Shown: one piece after another, positions 1-17,174 of the stretch | How the letters are laid out: every line of letters starts with the position of its first letter | Numbering within the stretch: the first letter of the stretch is position 1 | From: the human T2T-CHM13v2.0 reference genome, Homo sapiens | Length of the DNA: 64,000 nt | Strand: one strand, 5' to 3' | Assembly: GCF_009914755.1 (NCBI RefSeq) | Contig: NC_060938.1 | Translations under genes and position numbers: made by a program | The notes under the pieces: model-generated | The model's database searches: none | What the model was told of the DNA's origin: nothing | What the model saw: the letters and a program-made list of their open reading frames with translations, nothing else

Positions 1-1332
1 GTAAAATAAAATTTAAAAAATAAAGGTGTGGGCTCTGGATCCAGATTGCGTGGGTTTATATTCCAGCTCTGGCAATTACTGACTGTGTTACCTTGGACAA
101 TTATTATACCTGTCTATGCTTCAGGTTCTTCATTTATAAAATAGGAAATCATAGTTACAGTGCTCTATTTCATTGGGTTGTTGCAAATATGAAATGAGTT
201 AGTATATGTAAAAAAAAAAAAAAAACCTAAGAACAGGGTCTAACCATGTGTCAGCTGCTTACCAAGTGCATAAGTATCAGCCACTCGCCTGCTCTCTCAG
301 GGTTGCCACAGTCAATTCTCCCCACCATAGATGGAGTCAAATGTGAATATTTCAATTGAAGTATAAAATATAGGGGAAAATGCTCAAACTATAAATGCAT
401 GGCTCAATAAATAAAATTTCAGAAAATGAAACACCCAGATAATCAACACTCAGAAAATTGAGCCTAGGAGCACTCCAGAAGTTTCCCTTGGGCCTCCTTC
501 AGGGGATTTTTTTTTTTAACTTCTCCTGTGTATTTAATTATGCTGTTTCCTCTGGTCCCCGGCTCCCTTTTTTAAAAAATTCTGACCAAGCACTATTTAT
601 TCTTTATTAAAAATTTTCTTTTTAAGTTTTTTAATTGTAGTAAATGCATATATAACATAAAATATGTAATTTTAATAATTTTTAAGTGTGTAGTTCAGTG
701 GCATTAATTAAATCCACATTGTTGTGCAGCCATCACCACTGTTTCTAAAAGTTTTCATCATAATTCCAGCTTATTTGTTCCATCCTTCCTAAAATAAGAT
801 CCTGCCCAGTTAATATCACCTGATTTCTGCTTAGCCCCATGACCTCATTTACTGCTACCTCACCTGCTCCACTCCAGCCACAATGGCCTTCTTGTCTTTG
901 TATTTGCAGTTTCCAGTTCCTAGAATGCCTTTCCCCTTCCAGTTGCACAGCTGGCTTCTATCCAAATGGCACATCCCTCTTAGGCTGTCCTGAGCCATGG
1001 ACCTAAAACAGCTACAAACCTCCATCACGCTTCAGCCTTCAACCTTGCTTTACTACCTGACTATGTACACTTGCTTGTTTATTTCCTGGCTCACCACTAA
1101 AATTTAAACTGTTTAAAAACAGGGGCCCAGCCTATCTTATTTATTTTTATACCCCCAATGCTCAAAATAATACCTGTCATATAGTCAGTGCCCAGTGAAT
1201 ATATGTCAACTCAATTCCATGCTATGATGAATGGAAGGGAAGTATGCTGTGCTCCTCTGCACAGAAGAGACACCATTTCCTCCTCATTGTTTTTTAAGGA
1301 TTTCCAGTCAATCAATACACATTAATTAACTC

Positions 1333-3430
<2,098 letters not shown>

Positions 3431-3715
3431 AACTCCTACTGTGCAGTCAGCACTATGCACACACGATGGGGAATTTCAAAGAGCTTGTAGTGGGGTTGAA
3501 TAAATACAAAGGGGATGAGATTTGGCTCCTGTATTCTGTTGTCACTGGAAGAACCCTTGGAGCTGCATTTCCCCATCATGTGTCCCACCTCTCGAAGCCC
3601 CAGGCAGCTCTGGACCACCCTGATCCAGGGGCCCCACCAGTTCCCCTCCCCAGACACTGCCCACATGTCCTCCCACTCTTAGACAAGTGCCTCAACCATT
3701 TGAAAAGTAAAACTC

Positions 3716-4118
3716 TGATATAGTATGGCTGTGTTCCCACCATCTCATCTTGAATTGTAGTTCCCATAATCCCCACGTGTCATGGGAGGGAGCAGGTGGA
3801 GATAACTGAATCATGGGGGCAGTTTCCTCCATCCTGTTCTCATGATAGTGAGTTAGTTCTCACGAGATCTGATTTTTTTTAAATTCTATTATTGATCTGA
3901 TGGTTTTATAAGGGGCTTCCCCCTTCCCTGGGTACTCATACTTCTCCTCCATGCTGCCATATGGAGAAGGACATGTTTGCCTCCCCTTCCACCATAATTG
4001 TAAGTTTCCTGAGGCCTCGCCAGCCACACTGAACTGTGAGTCAATTAAACCTCTTTCCTTTATAAATTACCCAGTCTCAAGTATGTCTTTATTAGCAGCG
4101 TGAGAACAGGCTAATACA
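3716..4118 (+). mobile_element. THE1 (MaLR) solo LTR
   Basis: TGATATAGTATGGCTGTGT...CTAATACA; 5-bp TSD AACTC at 3711-3715 and 4119-4123. Confidence 0.9.
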
Positions 4119-4889
4119 AACTCAGATTTGGATTGGCATTGTGATCTTTTAAGAGCAATCTTGAGGTTGATAATGAGCCCTCTATATTTTGTACAGTATT
4201 TGACATTGGAACAGAGACTGCCATCTCTTATTATAATCTATGTTCTCTTCTTCCTCCTGGGCACATTGCTAGATCACATTTGGCTATTGGCACAGTTGGC
4301 TGTGGGCGTGTGACTGAGTTTCAGCCAATAAAATGTAAGAATCTCAATTCCTATGAGACCAGGAACCACTTTTAGGCCCGGCCCATAAACTCTTCTCACT
4401 GTGTTCTTCCACACTCCTTCTTCTGAAATGGCCCTGGAAGCCATGTGTTAAGTTAGCAGAACTTCCTTCAGCTTGAGTTCCTGTGTGATTATTTGGAATA
4501 CATGTTCACCTACCTAGGACTGTTATGTGAACAAGAAATAAACCAATATTGTGTTTAAGCCATTATATATTTTGGGGCTACTTGTTACAGTAGTTAGTCT
4601 ACCCCAGTGGTTCTCAGAGTGTGGTCCTTGAGCCAGCATCACCTGGGGGCTTGTTAGAAATGCGAGTTCCTGGGACTCAGTCCATATATTGCCTCCTCCC
4701 AAAATTGTCTACTTCCTAATCCCCAGAATCTGTGAATATATTACCCTCCATGGCAAAAGGCATTTTCCAATGTGATGAAGACTTTGAGATGGGAGATTAT
4801 CTTGGATTACCTAGTGTAGGCCCAGTGAAATCACAAGGACCCTTATAAAGAAAGGAGGAAGATCAGATTAAGAGAAGGAGATGCGATGA

Positions 4890-5494
4890 TGAAGTGGCTA
4901 CATTGTCTGGGGTAAATCAATACCTGGGGTTCATCATCTCATGCCAGGAAAATTTAGGACATGGACACACACGAGGAGTTTAGGAGAGGAGGTTTAATAG
5001 GCAAGAGAAAGGGAAAGAAAGAGACACAGAGAACAGCTCTCTCTCTCTTTAGTGAGAGAGAGGAGACTTCCCAGAGGAAAAGGTTAGCAGGTGGTGAATG
5101 CACTGGATTTTATAGTCAGGCTTGAGGAGGCGGTGTCTGATTTACATAGAGCTCACAGATTGCTTCAATCAGGCATGACATTTACATAGTGGGTGGAGAA
5201 GGCTGGCCACGCCCCCACCCAGTCTTATTATGCACAAGAACTTTCCCCTTGGCCAGTGCCATCTTGTCTGCTCCTTACTGTACACGTGGCTGGCAAAAAA
5301 GGGAAGATGGAGCCACTATTTTGAACATGATTGGCACAACTGCTGGCATCTATGTTTGCAGCTCGATTTTATAGGCCCCACTTTGTTAGAAAGGAAAATA
5401 ATTTGGGGCTGCTTTTCATTAAAAGGAAAACCTTACTGAGGACTTTCATACCCTCACTATCTGCCTATGTAATTTCTTCTTAACTCCTGTATCA
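4890..5494 (-). mobile_element. ERV1-class solo LTR (LTR9-like) inserted in an MLT1 element
   Basis: TG...CA ends, 4-bp TSD ATGA (4886-4889 and 5495-5498), about 605 bp. Subfamily from recall. Confidence 0.75.
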
Positions 5495-5504
5495 ATGATA
5501 GGAC

Positions 5505-5971
5505 TGTCAGGTCTCTGAGCCAAGCTCAGCCATTATAACCTCTGTGACCTGCACATACACATCCAGGTGGCCTGCAGGAGCCGAGAAGTCTGAAGCAGCC
5601 AAAAAACCACAAAGAAGTAAAACACCCAGATCCTGCCTTAACTGATTAACCAAAATTACAACAGTTTACCATTGTGACTTGTCCCTGCCCTACCTTAGCT
5701 ATCAATCAACTTTGTGGCATTCTTCTTCTGGATAGTAAGTCTTATGATCTCCCCACCATGTACCTTGTGACCCCCTCCTCCACTAACAATAGATAACCAC
5801 CTTTTACTGTAATTATCCATTACCTACCCAACTCCTATAAAGCAACCCCTTCCCCATCTCCCTTTGCTGACTGTCTTTTTGGACTCAGCCCACCTGCACC
5901 CAGGTGAATTAAAAGCTTTATTGCTCACACAAAGCCTGTTTGGTGGTTTCTTCACACCGACGTGCTTGACA
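5505..5971 (+). mobile_element. HERV-H 5' LTR (LTR7 family, probably LTR7C-like)
   Basis: TGTCAGGTCTCTGAGCCAAGCT...TTGACA termini typical of LTR7; TATAAA 5836-5841; ATTAAA 5908-5913; followed directly by the PBS. Confidence 0.93.
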
Positions 5972-5973
5972 TT

Positions 5974-5991
5974 TGGTGCTGTGACTCAGAT
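5974..5991 (+). other. Primer binding site complementary to tRNA-His
   Basis: TGGTGCTGTGACTCAGAT versus canonical TGGTGCCGTGACTCGGAT; both mismatches are CpG transitions. Confidence 0.92.
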
Positions 5992-6510
5992 TAGGGGACC
6001 TCCCTTGGGAGATCAATCCCCTGTCCTCCTGCTCTTTGCTCTGTGAGAGAATCCACCTATGACCTCGGGTCCTCAGACCAGCCCAAGAAACACCTCACCA
6101 ATTTTAAATCGGGTGAGCGGCCTCTTTTTATTCTCTTCTCCAACCTCTCTCGCTCTCTCTCAACCTCTTTCTCCTTTCAATTTCGGCATCACCCTTCACT
6201 CTCTCTCTCCCCTCCCTTCATTTCCTTTCCCTTTCTGGTAGAGACAGCGGAGACATGTTTTATCCGTGGACCCAAAACGCCAGCGCTGGTCACGGACTCG
6301 GAAAGACAGTCTTCCCTTGGTGTCTAATCACTGTGGGGACGCCTGCCTGATTATTCACCAGCATTCCAGAGGTGTTCGATCACTGCGGGGACGCCTGCCT
6401 TGATCCTCCACCTCGGTGGCAAGTACTACCACTCCTGGGTGGCAAGTACCACCCCTCCCCCTTTTCTTCTTGTCTCTACCCCCTCTTTTCTCTGAACTTA
6501 CCTTTTTACT

Positions 6511-8112
6511 TTGGGCAACCTTCCACCCTCCATTCCTTCTTTTTCCCCCTTAGCCTGTGTTCTTAAAAACTTAAAACCTCTTCAACTCTCACCTGACCTA
6601 AAACCTAAGTGTCTTATTTTCTTTTGCAACACCACTTGGCCCCAATACAAACTTGATAATGGCTCTAAATGGCCAGAAAATGGCACTTTCAATTTGTCCA
6701 TCCTACAAGATCTAGGTAATTTTGTCATAAAATGGGCAAATCGTCTGAGGTGCCTTACATCCAGGCATTCTTTACACATTGGTCCCTTCCTAGCCTTTGC
6801 TTCCGATGCGATTCATCCTAAATCTTTCTTCTTTCTCTCCCGTCCGTTTCTTCAGTCTCTACCCCAACCTCAGAGTCCTCTGAATCCTCCTTTTCTGCAG
6901 ACCCCTCTGACCTCTCTCCCCCTCCCCAGGCCACTCCTCGGCAGGCTGAATCAAGTCCCAATTCTTCCTCAGCCTTCGCTCCTCCACCTTATAACCCTTC
7001 TGTCACCTCCCCTCCCCACACCCGGCCCGGGTTACAATTTCGTTCTGTGGCAAATAATCCTCCACCTGCCCAGCGATTTCCTCTTCAAGAGGTGGCTGGA
7101 GCTGAGGGCATTGTCAGAGCGCATGTGCCATTTTCTCTATCAGATCTTTCCCAAGTTAATCAACGCTTAGGCTCCTTCCCCCTCAGACCCCACCAAATAT
7201 ATACAAGAATTCCAATATTTAACTCAGTCCTACAATTTAACCTGGAGTGACTTAAATATCATCCTAACTTCTACCCTCTCCCAAAATGAATGGGAAAGAG
7301 TATTTTCTCTGGTCCAGTCCCATGCAGACACCTGCCAGCGTCATGAGCCAGACCTTCAAGAAGGCATCAGGGCAGTTTCCTGAGAAGATCCCCGACGGGA
7401 ATATCAGGCAGATTCCCCAGGTATAGCTAGGTGAGATTACATGATTTCCTGCCTAGTTGAAGGGCTTTAAAAGGCAGCTTACAAAGCTGTTAATTATGAC
7501 AAACTTAAGGAAACTACCCAAGGTAAAGATGAAAACCCAGCCCAGGTCATGGCTCGTTTGGCAGCAACCCTGGGACGCTTTACAGCCCTAGACCCAGAGG
7601 GGCCAGAAGGCTGTCTTATTCTCAATATGCATTTTATCACCCAGTCAGCTCCTGACGTTAGAAAAAAGCTTCAAAAATTAGAATCTGGCCCTCAAACGCC
7701 ACAACAGGAATTAATCAATCTTGCCTTCAAGGTGTACACTAATAAGGAAGAGGCAGCCAAGTGGCAACACATAGTTCTGAGTTACAATTACTTGCCTCTG
7801 CGGTGAGACAAAACCCAGCCTCACCTCCAGCCCAAAAAAAACTTCAAAACGCCGAAGCCACAGCAGTCAGGCATTCCTACAGGACCTCCTCCCTCAGGAT
7901 CTTGCTTCAAGTGCCAGAAATCTGGCCACTGGCCCAAGGAATGCCCACAGCCTAGGATTCCTCCCAAGCCGTGTCCCATCTGTGCAGGGACCCACTGGAA
8001 ATCAGACTGCCCAGCTCACCCAGCAGCCAGTCCTAGAGCCCCTAAAGCTCTGGCCCAAGGCTCTCTGACTGACTCCTTCCCAGATCTGCTTGGCTTAGTG
8101 GCTGAAGACTGA
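6511..8112 (+). pseudogene. gag: HERV-H gag relic (MA, CA, NC)
   Basis: Start codon is TTG (GNLPPSIP...WPQYKLDNGSKWPENGTF); MHR-like QGKDENPAQVMARL; knuckles [14 protein letters not shown] (7903) and [13 protein letters not shown]. Frameshifts and stops (TGA 7381, TAA 7468); ends AED-TGA at 8110-8112. Confidence 0.9.
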
Positions 8113-9292
8113 CGCTGCCCGATCGCCTCGGAAGCCCCCTGGACCATCATGGACCCTGAGCTTTGGGTAACTCTCACAGTGGAGGGTAAGTCTGTCCCCT
8201 TTTTAATCAATACAGGGGCTACCCATTCCACATTACCTTCTTTTCAAGGGCCTGTTCCCCTTGCCCCCATAACTGTTGTGGGTATTGATGGCCAGGCTTC
8301 TAAACCTCTTAAAACTCCCCAACTTTGGTGTCAACTTGGACAACATTCTTTTATGCACTCCTTTTTAGTTATCCCCCTTCCCAGTTCCCTTATTAGGCAG
8401 AGACATTTTAACCAAATTATCTGCTTCCCTGACTATTCCTGGGCTACAGCCACACCTCATTGCTGTCCTTCTTCCCAACCCAAGCCTCCTTCGCGTCTTC
8501 CCCTTGTATCCCCCGACCTTAACCCACAAGTATGGGACCCTTCTACTCCCTCCCTGGAAACCAATCACACGCTCATTACTATTCCATTAAAACCTAATCA
8601 CCCTTACCCAGCTCAGTGCCAGTATCCATCTGACAGCAGGCTTTAAAAAGACTGAAGCCTGTTATCACTCGCCTGCTACAGCATGGGCTTCTATAGCCTA
8701 CAAACTCTCCTTACAATTCCCCCATTTTGCCTGTCCCCAAAACCGGACAAGTCTTACAGGTTAGTTCAGGATCTGTGACTTATCAAGGAAATTGTTTTGC
8801 CTATCCACCCTGTGGTGCCCAACCCATACACTCTTTTGTCCTCAATACCTTCCTCCACAACTCACTATTCCGTTCTTGATCTTACAGATGCCTTTTTCAC
8901 TATTCCCCTGCACCCCTCATCCCAGCCTCTCTTTGCTTTTACCTGGACTGACCCTGACACCCATCAGTCCCAGCAGCTTACCTGGGCTATACTACTGCAA
9001 GCCTTCAGGGACAGCCCTCATTACTTCAGCCAAGCTCTTTCTCATGATTTACTTTCTTTCCACCCCTCTGCTTCTCACCTTATTCAATATATTGATACCT
9101 TCTACTTTGTAGCCCCTCCTTTGAATCTTCTCAGCAAGATACTTTTCAACATTTATTCTCTGAGGGATATCGGGCATCCCTCTCCAAAGCTCAAATTTCT
9201 TCCCCATTCGTTACCTACCTCAGCATAATTCTTCATAAAAACATGCGTGCTCTCCCTGCCGATCGTGTCCAGCTGATCTCTCAAACACCAAC
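8113..9292 (+). pseudogene. pol: HERV-H protease and partial reverse transcriptase relic
   Basis: FLINTGATHS (protease DTG motif reads NTG); RT motifs SVLDLTDAFFTIPLHP, FAFTWTDP, QAFRDSPHYF; YIDD motif broken by a 1-bp deletion near 9096; several frameshifts. Confidence 0.9.
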
Positions 9293-11133
9293 TTATTCCA
9301 GGAGACAGGGACTACTGTACATATTATCTTTCCTATATAGGGTCTGCAAACAGGACTATTCAACTCCTCCATTCAAAATGCCACTCACACCTTTTGGAAA
9401 AAGTGAATATAATAGACTCTTGGCTAAATGCCAGGGGGTCCATTCGTATGAGGGAAAATGGCAACAAAAGGTAGGAATAAAACATTATTCCTACCTTGGC
9501 CAAAAAATTCACTGCCACCTACCTTAAAGCTATTATGCTTAATTGCTATTTTTAGAGAATTTAGGAATGTGCCTAGGCAGGCATGCAGGTGTGCTGGAGG
9601 GAAGCCAAGAGAGACCTACACACTCCAGAGTAGTTTGGAGAAGCTGGCTAAGGGTTTCTGGATCCTTGCAAAGCACAAAAGCTCAGAACAACTCTGTGGT
9701 GTGCAGCATGGTGCCAGCAGCAAGTCTCAGTTCAGCACCTTGAAAACCCAAGTGGGACCAGCCAAGCAAGCACCAGGGCCCAGGAACTAGACCGGGCAAG
9801 TCTCAAGACATCAGAGACCAGTAAACCTAGAAGAACAGCATGTGACAAAGGGTCCTCTTCCCACTGCCACAAGGATACAGAAGCCCACCCTGTCTCCAGA
9901 TGCCATCTTGGAAAAGAGAAGTGGGAACAGGAAGTGTATTAGTCAGAATGCAGAGTCAGCTACCATGACAGAGACCATAGTGACAGTGACATAAACAAGA
10001 TAGAAGGTTTCTCTCTTGTGAAGCATCCAAGTATTAGCAGTCCAGAGCTAATGGAGAAGCTCTTTGGTGTTGGAGACTCAGGTTCGTTCTCCCTTGAGCT
10101 CTTCCATTCCTAGACTGTTGGCTTCATCTGGTCTAAGATGGCTCCACACCATGGCACTTTCCAGGCAGCAACATAGAGACTGTATGGATATTATCCTATT
10201 GGCCAGAGCTGAGTCACATGGCTGTACCTGGCTTCAAGTGAGGCTGGGAAATGTAGTCTTTAATTGGGAAGCCATGGGCCTGGCTAAAGCTCAGGAGTTC
10301 TACCACTAAAGGAAGTAAGGGGGCTGCCAGGAAGACAGCCTGAAAGACGAATCCACTTTTCCAAAGGAATCTGAAGGAAAGTGATTTAAACCAGTGGAAT
10401 CTGAGCTGTCTCTAAGTGGCAGCTTCAAGGCACCTCTTCCCCATGCCCTGCTCTTTCTCCCTACAATGGGGTTCCAGATCCAGAGAGCAGTTAAAGGAAA
10501 TAGTGAAACACAATATCTTTTGCAGAGCTGAGGGTTACTTCACATATTTTCAACCCTTTTGAGAGAAAAAAACAGAGAACTGGGTGAAGTTTGAATTGCA
10601 GCTCCTCTGTTTCAGAGCACTCAGGCAGGCTGGCAGCTCACTCTTGGGAGAATAGGAGGGGACAGGCCTCTGTCACCAGCATTAATGGTCATCCCACAGT
10701 AGGTCTACGGAGAGGCACATCAGTCTTCTAAGGAAGTCTCATGAGTATTCAACAAGTATCAGATGATGACAGAATAGGAGGAGGTTTAGGGTAGGTAGGA
10801 GACAGGCCTGAAGTCAAAGACCCCATGAGCCCAATATTAAAATGATTTTCCCCCTTTGGTATTAGAGGAATAATAAGTGCTCTTGTTTTGTTCTTAATAC
10901 CAGCTCAGAACCTACTAGCAGAGTATTATTTTATCAGCCTATCTTCATGAAAAATCTGTGAAGCAGGGACTATTACTATTCCCATTTTACAGATGAGAAA
11001 ATGGAACCTCAGAGAAATTAAACAAGAATGACCCAACATCTCTAAGGGAGGTGAGCCTGGAGAGCAGAGGAATTGAGCTGGGCTGGGGCTTTTCTTCCCT
11101 AAGGATCCTACGGAACATGTTGCATCACCATCA

Positions 11134-11511
<378 letters not shown>

Positions 11512-11570
11512 TTAATATAGTTATTTTCCAAAAGGGAGACACTGAATTTATAGGTGATATGTATAATGAT

Positions 11571-11572
<2 letters not shown>

Positions 11573-11612
<40 letters not shown>
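11573..11612. repeat. (TG)n microsatellite, about 20 units
   Basis: Seen directly; paralogue in the right arm is about (CA)7 near 23511-23524. Confidence 0.95.
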
Positions 11613-11614
<2 letters not shown>

Positions 11615-12974
11615 GATAAATAGACGGCTTATTGCAAAATCTGTGACCCACCCAAGGGAAGCCCACAGTTTTGGGACTCACTTCTAGACACATTGTATGT
11701 CGCCACCTCTGTTCTGTCTCCTTATACTTCCACTTTTCTCCCCTAAATCATTCTTAATGCAGAAACTTGTTCTTAGGAGGAAAAGACTTGACTCTGTGGA
11801 GTCAGCGTCAAGTGCAGTGAGGTGTGTGCAGCTAAAAGCTGCACAAATGGAGAAAAACATTAATGATTTTTTGTTTGTGTCAAGCAACACTGAGGACAAT
11901 GAATTCCCTATCTTTGCTATGATGAACTTCCATATAATATCTTGCAAGACAAATCAGGATATATTAATACTAGGAAGACAGGGACAGGCCATAGGAACTG
12001 TCAGAGGCCACTTCCGTAGATGCAAAGCCTGAGATGTGTTGCAAGTGAGTTATGGAGGGCATGCTCTCAGGAGAAACCTAGAGGGAAGGGAGGGAAATGG
12101 AAGAGGGCAAAGGAAGATGCTCTGTAAAGACGAAGCTTCCAGAGAAGGTGGGCCTCAGCCTGATCCCACAGGGAGCTCTGGAGCATGGCTGCTGGTACCA
12201 TAGAGATAGATCCTTCTGCCCAGAGGCAAGAAGTTTGAGCTGTTACAACCCCCGCATCCATCAGTCGTTGGCCAATAAGGCGGGTGTAGCCTCCCAACCA
12301 TCTTGTGTGGAGATCTGGGGGACAGCTTCCACAACCAAGAGCAGAATGAGAACCAGCCTGAGAGGGGTGCAGAGTGTGCTTATAGCAGCCAACACCACAG
12401 CAGGGAAGAGGCAGTGCACGGGCCCAGGACAGGGGACCTGGGCAGGCCACCAAGAGCATTTTCTACACTTGGAGTTATCACAACAGATGCATGATACTAA
12501 AAGCACAGATCTATGATAGATTTTTCGTTGCATTAACTATTCTTTTTATTCATTTTTAAAGGACTTTATTTTCCAGAGCTGTTTGAGGTTCACAGCAAAA
12601 TTGAGTGGAAAGTTCCATTTTTCTTAAACTCTGTGTTTAACACAGAGTTCCCATATTCCTCCCCCCACCCCCAGCTTGTTTACAATCAACATCTCACATC
12701 TGAGTGGCACATTTACTTCAATCAATGCACCCACACTGATACTTCATTATCATCCAAAGTCAGTAGTATATATGAAGGTTCACTCTTGGTGATGTATGTT
12801 TTACGGGTTTTGACAACCGTCCAATGACATGTGCCCACCATTGCAGTATCATAAAGAACAGTTTCACTGCCCAAAAATCCTCTGTGGTCTGCCTATTCAT
12901 CTCTCCCAACCCCTGGCAACTGCTGATTTTTTTGACTGTCTCTATCGTTTTGCCTTTTCCAGAATGTCATATAG

Positions 12975-13746
<772 letters not shown>

Positions 13747-14730
13747 TGACCTTAATAAGGTTGATTAAAAAAAAAAGGAAAAGAAAACCTTGGACTATAG
13801 AGCTAACAGGTATAAAAATTTTAGTTGAATATTCTCTATAGATATTTTTAATAAAAACTTGGGCTTCAAGTCAGGAACATTTCTTCCATTTCTACATAAC
13901 TTTAGTATCACTTTCTCTTTTAATTTATGCTTTTTATTTTATGCATCCTTGAAAGCTGCCTTCAATCCATTCTGGAATAGGATTGGGTGGAAAAAAATAG
14001 ATAAAGACACCAACACCTGTTTCATCTTTGTATTCCCCAAGTGCCTTCAGCTTTAAGAGTCTGGGCAGTTTTACAAGTGCATTTGTGGTATATATCCAGT
14101 AGCAAGAGTGAAACTGAGATTGTGGTGACAAGGTCCAACCCCAGAGGTAACAAGTTATGTGTTCCACTCTGCTGAGCCTTGGGGAAGTACCCTTAGATAC
14201 CAAGATCAATAGTCAACATCTTTTCCTTTGGGCCAGTAAGCACTTTTTAGTCACATGGTAAGTGCAATTCACAGACTTTGGCTGCCATATGATGGCGTAG
14301 GCTGGTCTAGGTCAGGTGATTTATCCAGATTAGTTCAGCTCAGTTGAGCTAAGCATTTCCCTGAGATCTGTGTCTTGGCAAAGGGCTTCTTAATGTTTTG
14401 AGCTGCCCAGAATGTCATTCCCTATAGTGTGCCGATAGGCAGGTTAACAAAGAGTTCTTAGATTCCTGGACTCAGAAGACACCTTGAGGTGAACAGTGAC
14501 AGTGGAAACAACATGAACGCCCCAGAGACTGGCTAGGTAACCCTGGACAGGTAGCAACACTATGGTGGGCCTGGGCCTCTTTCTCATCTTGAAGGTGAAA
14601 AGGTTGAACTTGAGGATTCATAGGATCTCATCCAGCTCTTGCAGATCAGCTGGTCTAGCGCTTTGCAAACTCTTGGATTTTACAGATCAGTATAGTTTTT
14701 TTTAAGAACTGACGCAAGGTGTTCACTTTT

Positions 14731-15159
<429 letters not shown>

Positions 15160-15168
15160 TAACAATGA

Positions 15169-15705
<537 letters not shown>

Positions 15706-17174
15706 TGAGTAGCTGGGATTACAGGCGCGTGCCACCACACCAGGCTAGCTTTTGTATTTTTAGTAGAGACGGAGTTTCACCATGTTGGCCAGGCTGGTCT
15801 TGAACTCCTGACCTCAAGTGACCCACCCACCTCGCCTCCCAAAGTGCTGAGATTACAGGCATGAGCCACCGCGCCCAGACTCATACATTTGTTGTGTGTT
15901 TGAAATATTTTATGATAACAAGGTAAATTATTTCTAAAAACGCCACTACACCCATTGCCACGCAATACTGTACTAGAAATCCCAGCCAATGTAATGAAAC
16001 AAACAAAAAAAAAGAATTAAAGTATTTTAAATGTGGGCAAATGGTCTGCATACTGCTGCAGTACCTGAAATAAGAGACCTTTTAGAGGACTTGAGTAAAG
16101 AGAATTTTCTTTTTTTTTTTTTTTTTTTGGTAACATGAGATCATTTGTTCAAGAGTAAGAATAGTATGAAGACAGGAGCTCCTTCCCTAAAGGATATAAG
16201 GGACGATAAGGGACTCTGGGAGTTTGTTAGCATAAAGCATCCCTAAGAGGATGGCTCTTGAATCTATTCATCCACCCTACAGAGTTTTTTGGTTGATTCA
16301 GGTTCTGCCACTCATTTATGAGAGCGTGATGTTTAGGAGAGTTTTATTGAATACAATGCTTTGCTAGTCATTTACTGCTTCCTGTTTTGACTTTTTAAAT
16401 TTCCAGTCAGCAATCTCACTCTTAATCAAATGCCTTATCATACAGAGAAAAGAAAAAAGAGGAATCCTGTTTTTCTCATGTTAACTATTTTTATTTTTGA
16501 ACTAATGTGAATTCTTGCGTATGTGTTTTTGCTGAACATGACAAATCAGTCTCACTCTTGTTGCAAGTCAGCCCTGGTTTGGGAAGTCATGGGTTCCAGA
16601 TACCAGACACAAATAATAGTGACTTTTACCAATGTCTTTTTATGCTTATTAGGGCCTGAAGGTAGAAGATAAGACAATAGATAATATCGATAGTATTTCT
16701 TTGATTTACTGAACCCTAAATTCAAAAAAGAAGTTTTATTTGGGAGAGGAAATACAAGAAAATGAGACAAGGAACTTATCTCAACAAATAAGCAGTAACT
16801 TTCAGGAGATGTCTGAAGGTCAGCCCGGATTCAGCCCAGAGTCTTAGACTCATTTACCCATAGCAACATCTAGAGAGGTAGCTGGGCTGGAAACCAGAGC
16901 CACTGCTTTGTGGCTAATTTGCTGTGTGATCTTAGGTATCATACCTCCTTCGGTACCTCAATTTCCTCATTTGCAAAACCAGAGTCCCTGGGTATACCAT
17001 CTCCAAAGTTATTTCAGTTCCAAATTCTATAGCCAAAAGTCAGAATGGGACTTCATTTCTTCTAGAAAGTCACCAGAAGTTGGAGCAAAGAGCAAAGTTG
17101 GAGCAAAATGGCTCTTCTGGTGAACTCTCATTTATTCATTGAATATTTGGTCAATATGTGCTAAGTGCTTACAG

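Larger units (their letters stand above)
5972..9292 (+). mobile_element. HERV-H internal region (leader, gag, pro, 5' pol), 3'-truncated, no 3' LTR
   Basis: Leader splice donor G|GTGAG at 6112/3, then gag/pro/RT motifs. HERV-H-like sequence ends after ...gatctctcaaacaccaac. Confidence 0.92.

Noticed and set aside
6511-7170. 219-aa ORF as a functional Gag protein
   Set aside because: TTG start and a frameshift out of Gag after about 70 residues; downstream gag has stops.
10064-10309. 81-aa ORF present almost identically at 24737-24982 (-), and other mirrored ORF pairs
   Set aside because: The similarity is explained by the duplication; the start is non-ATG (TTG), there is no recognisable domain, and it appears to overlap old repeat sequence.
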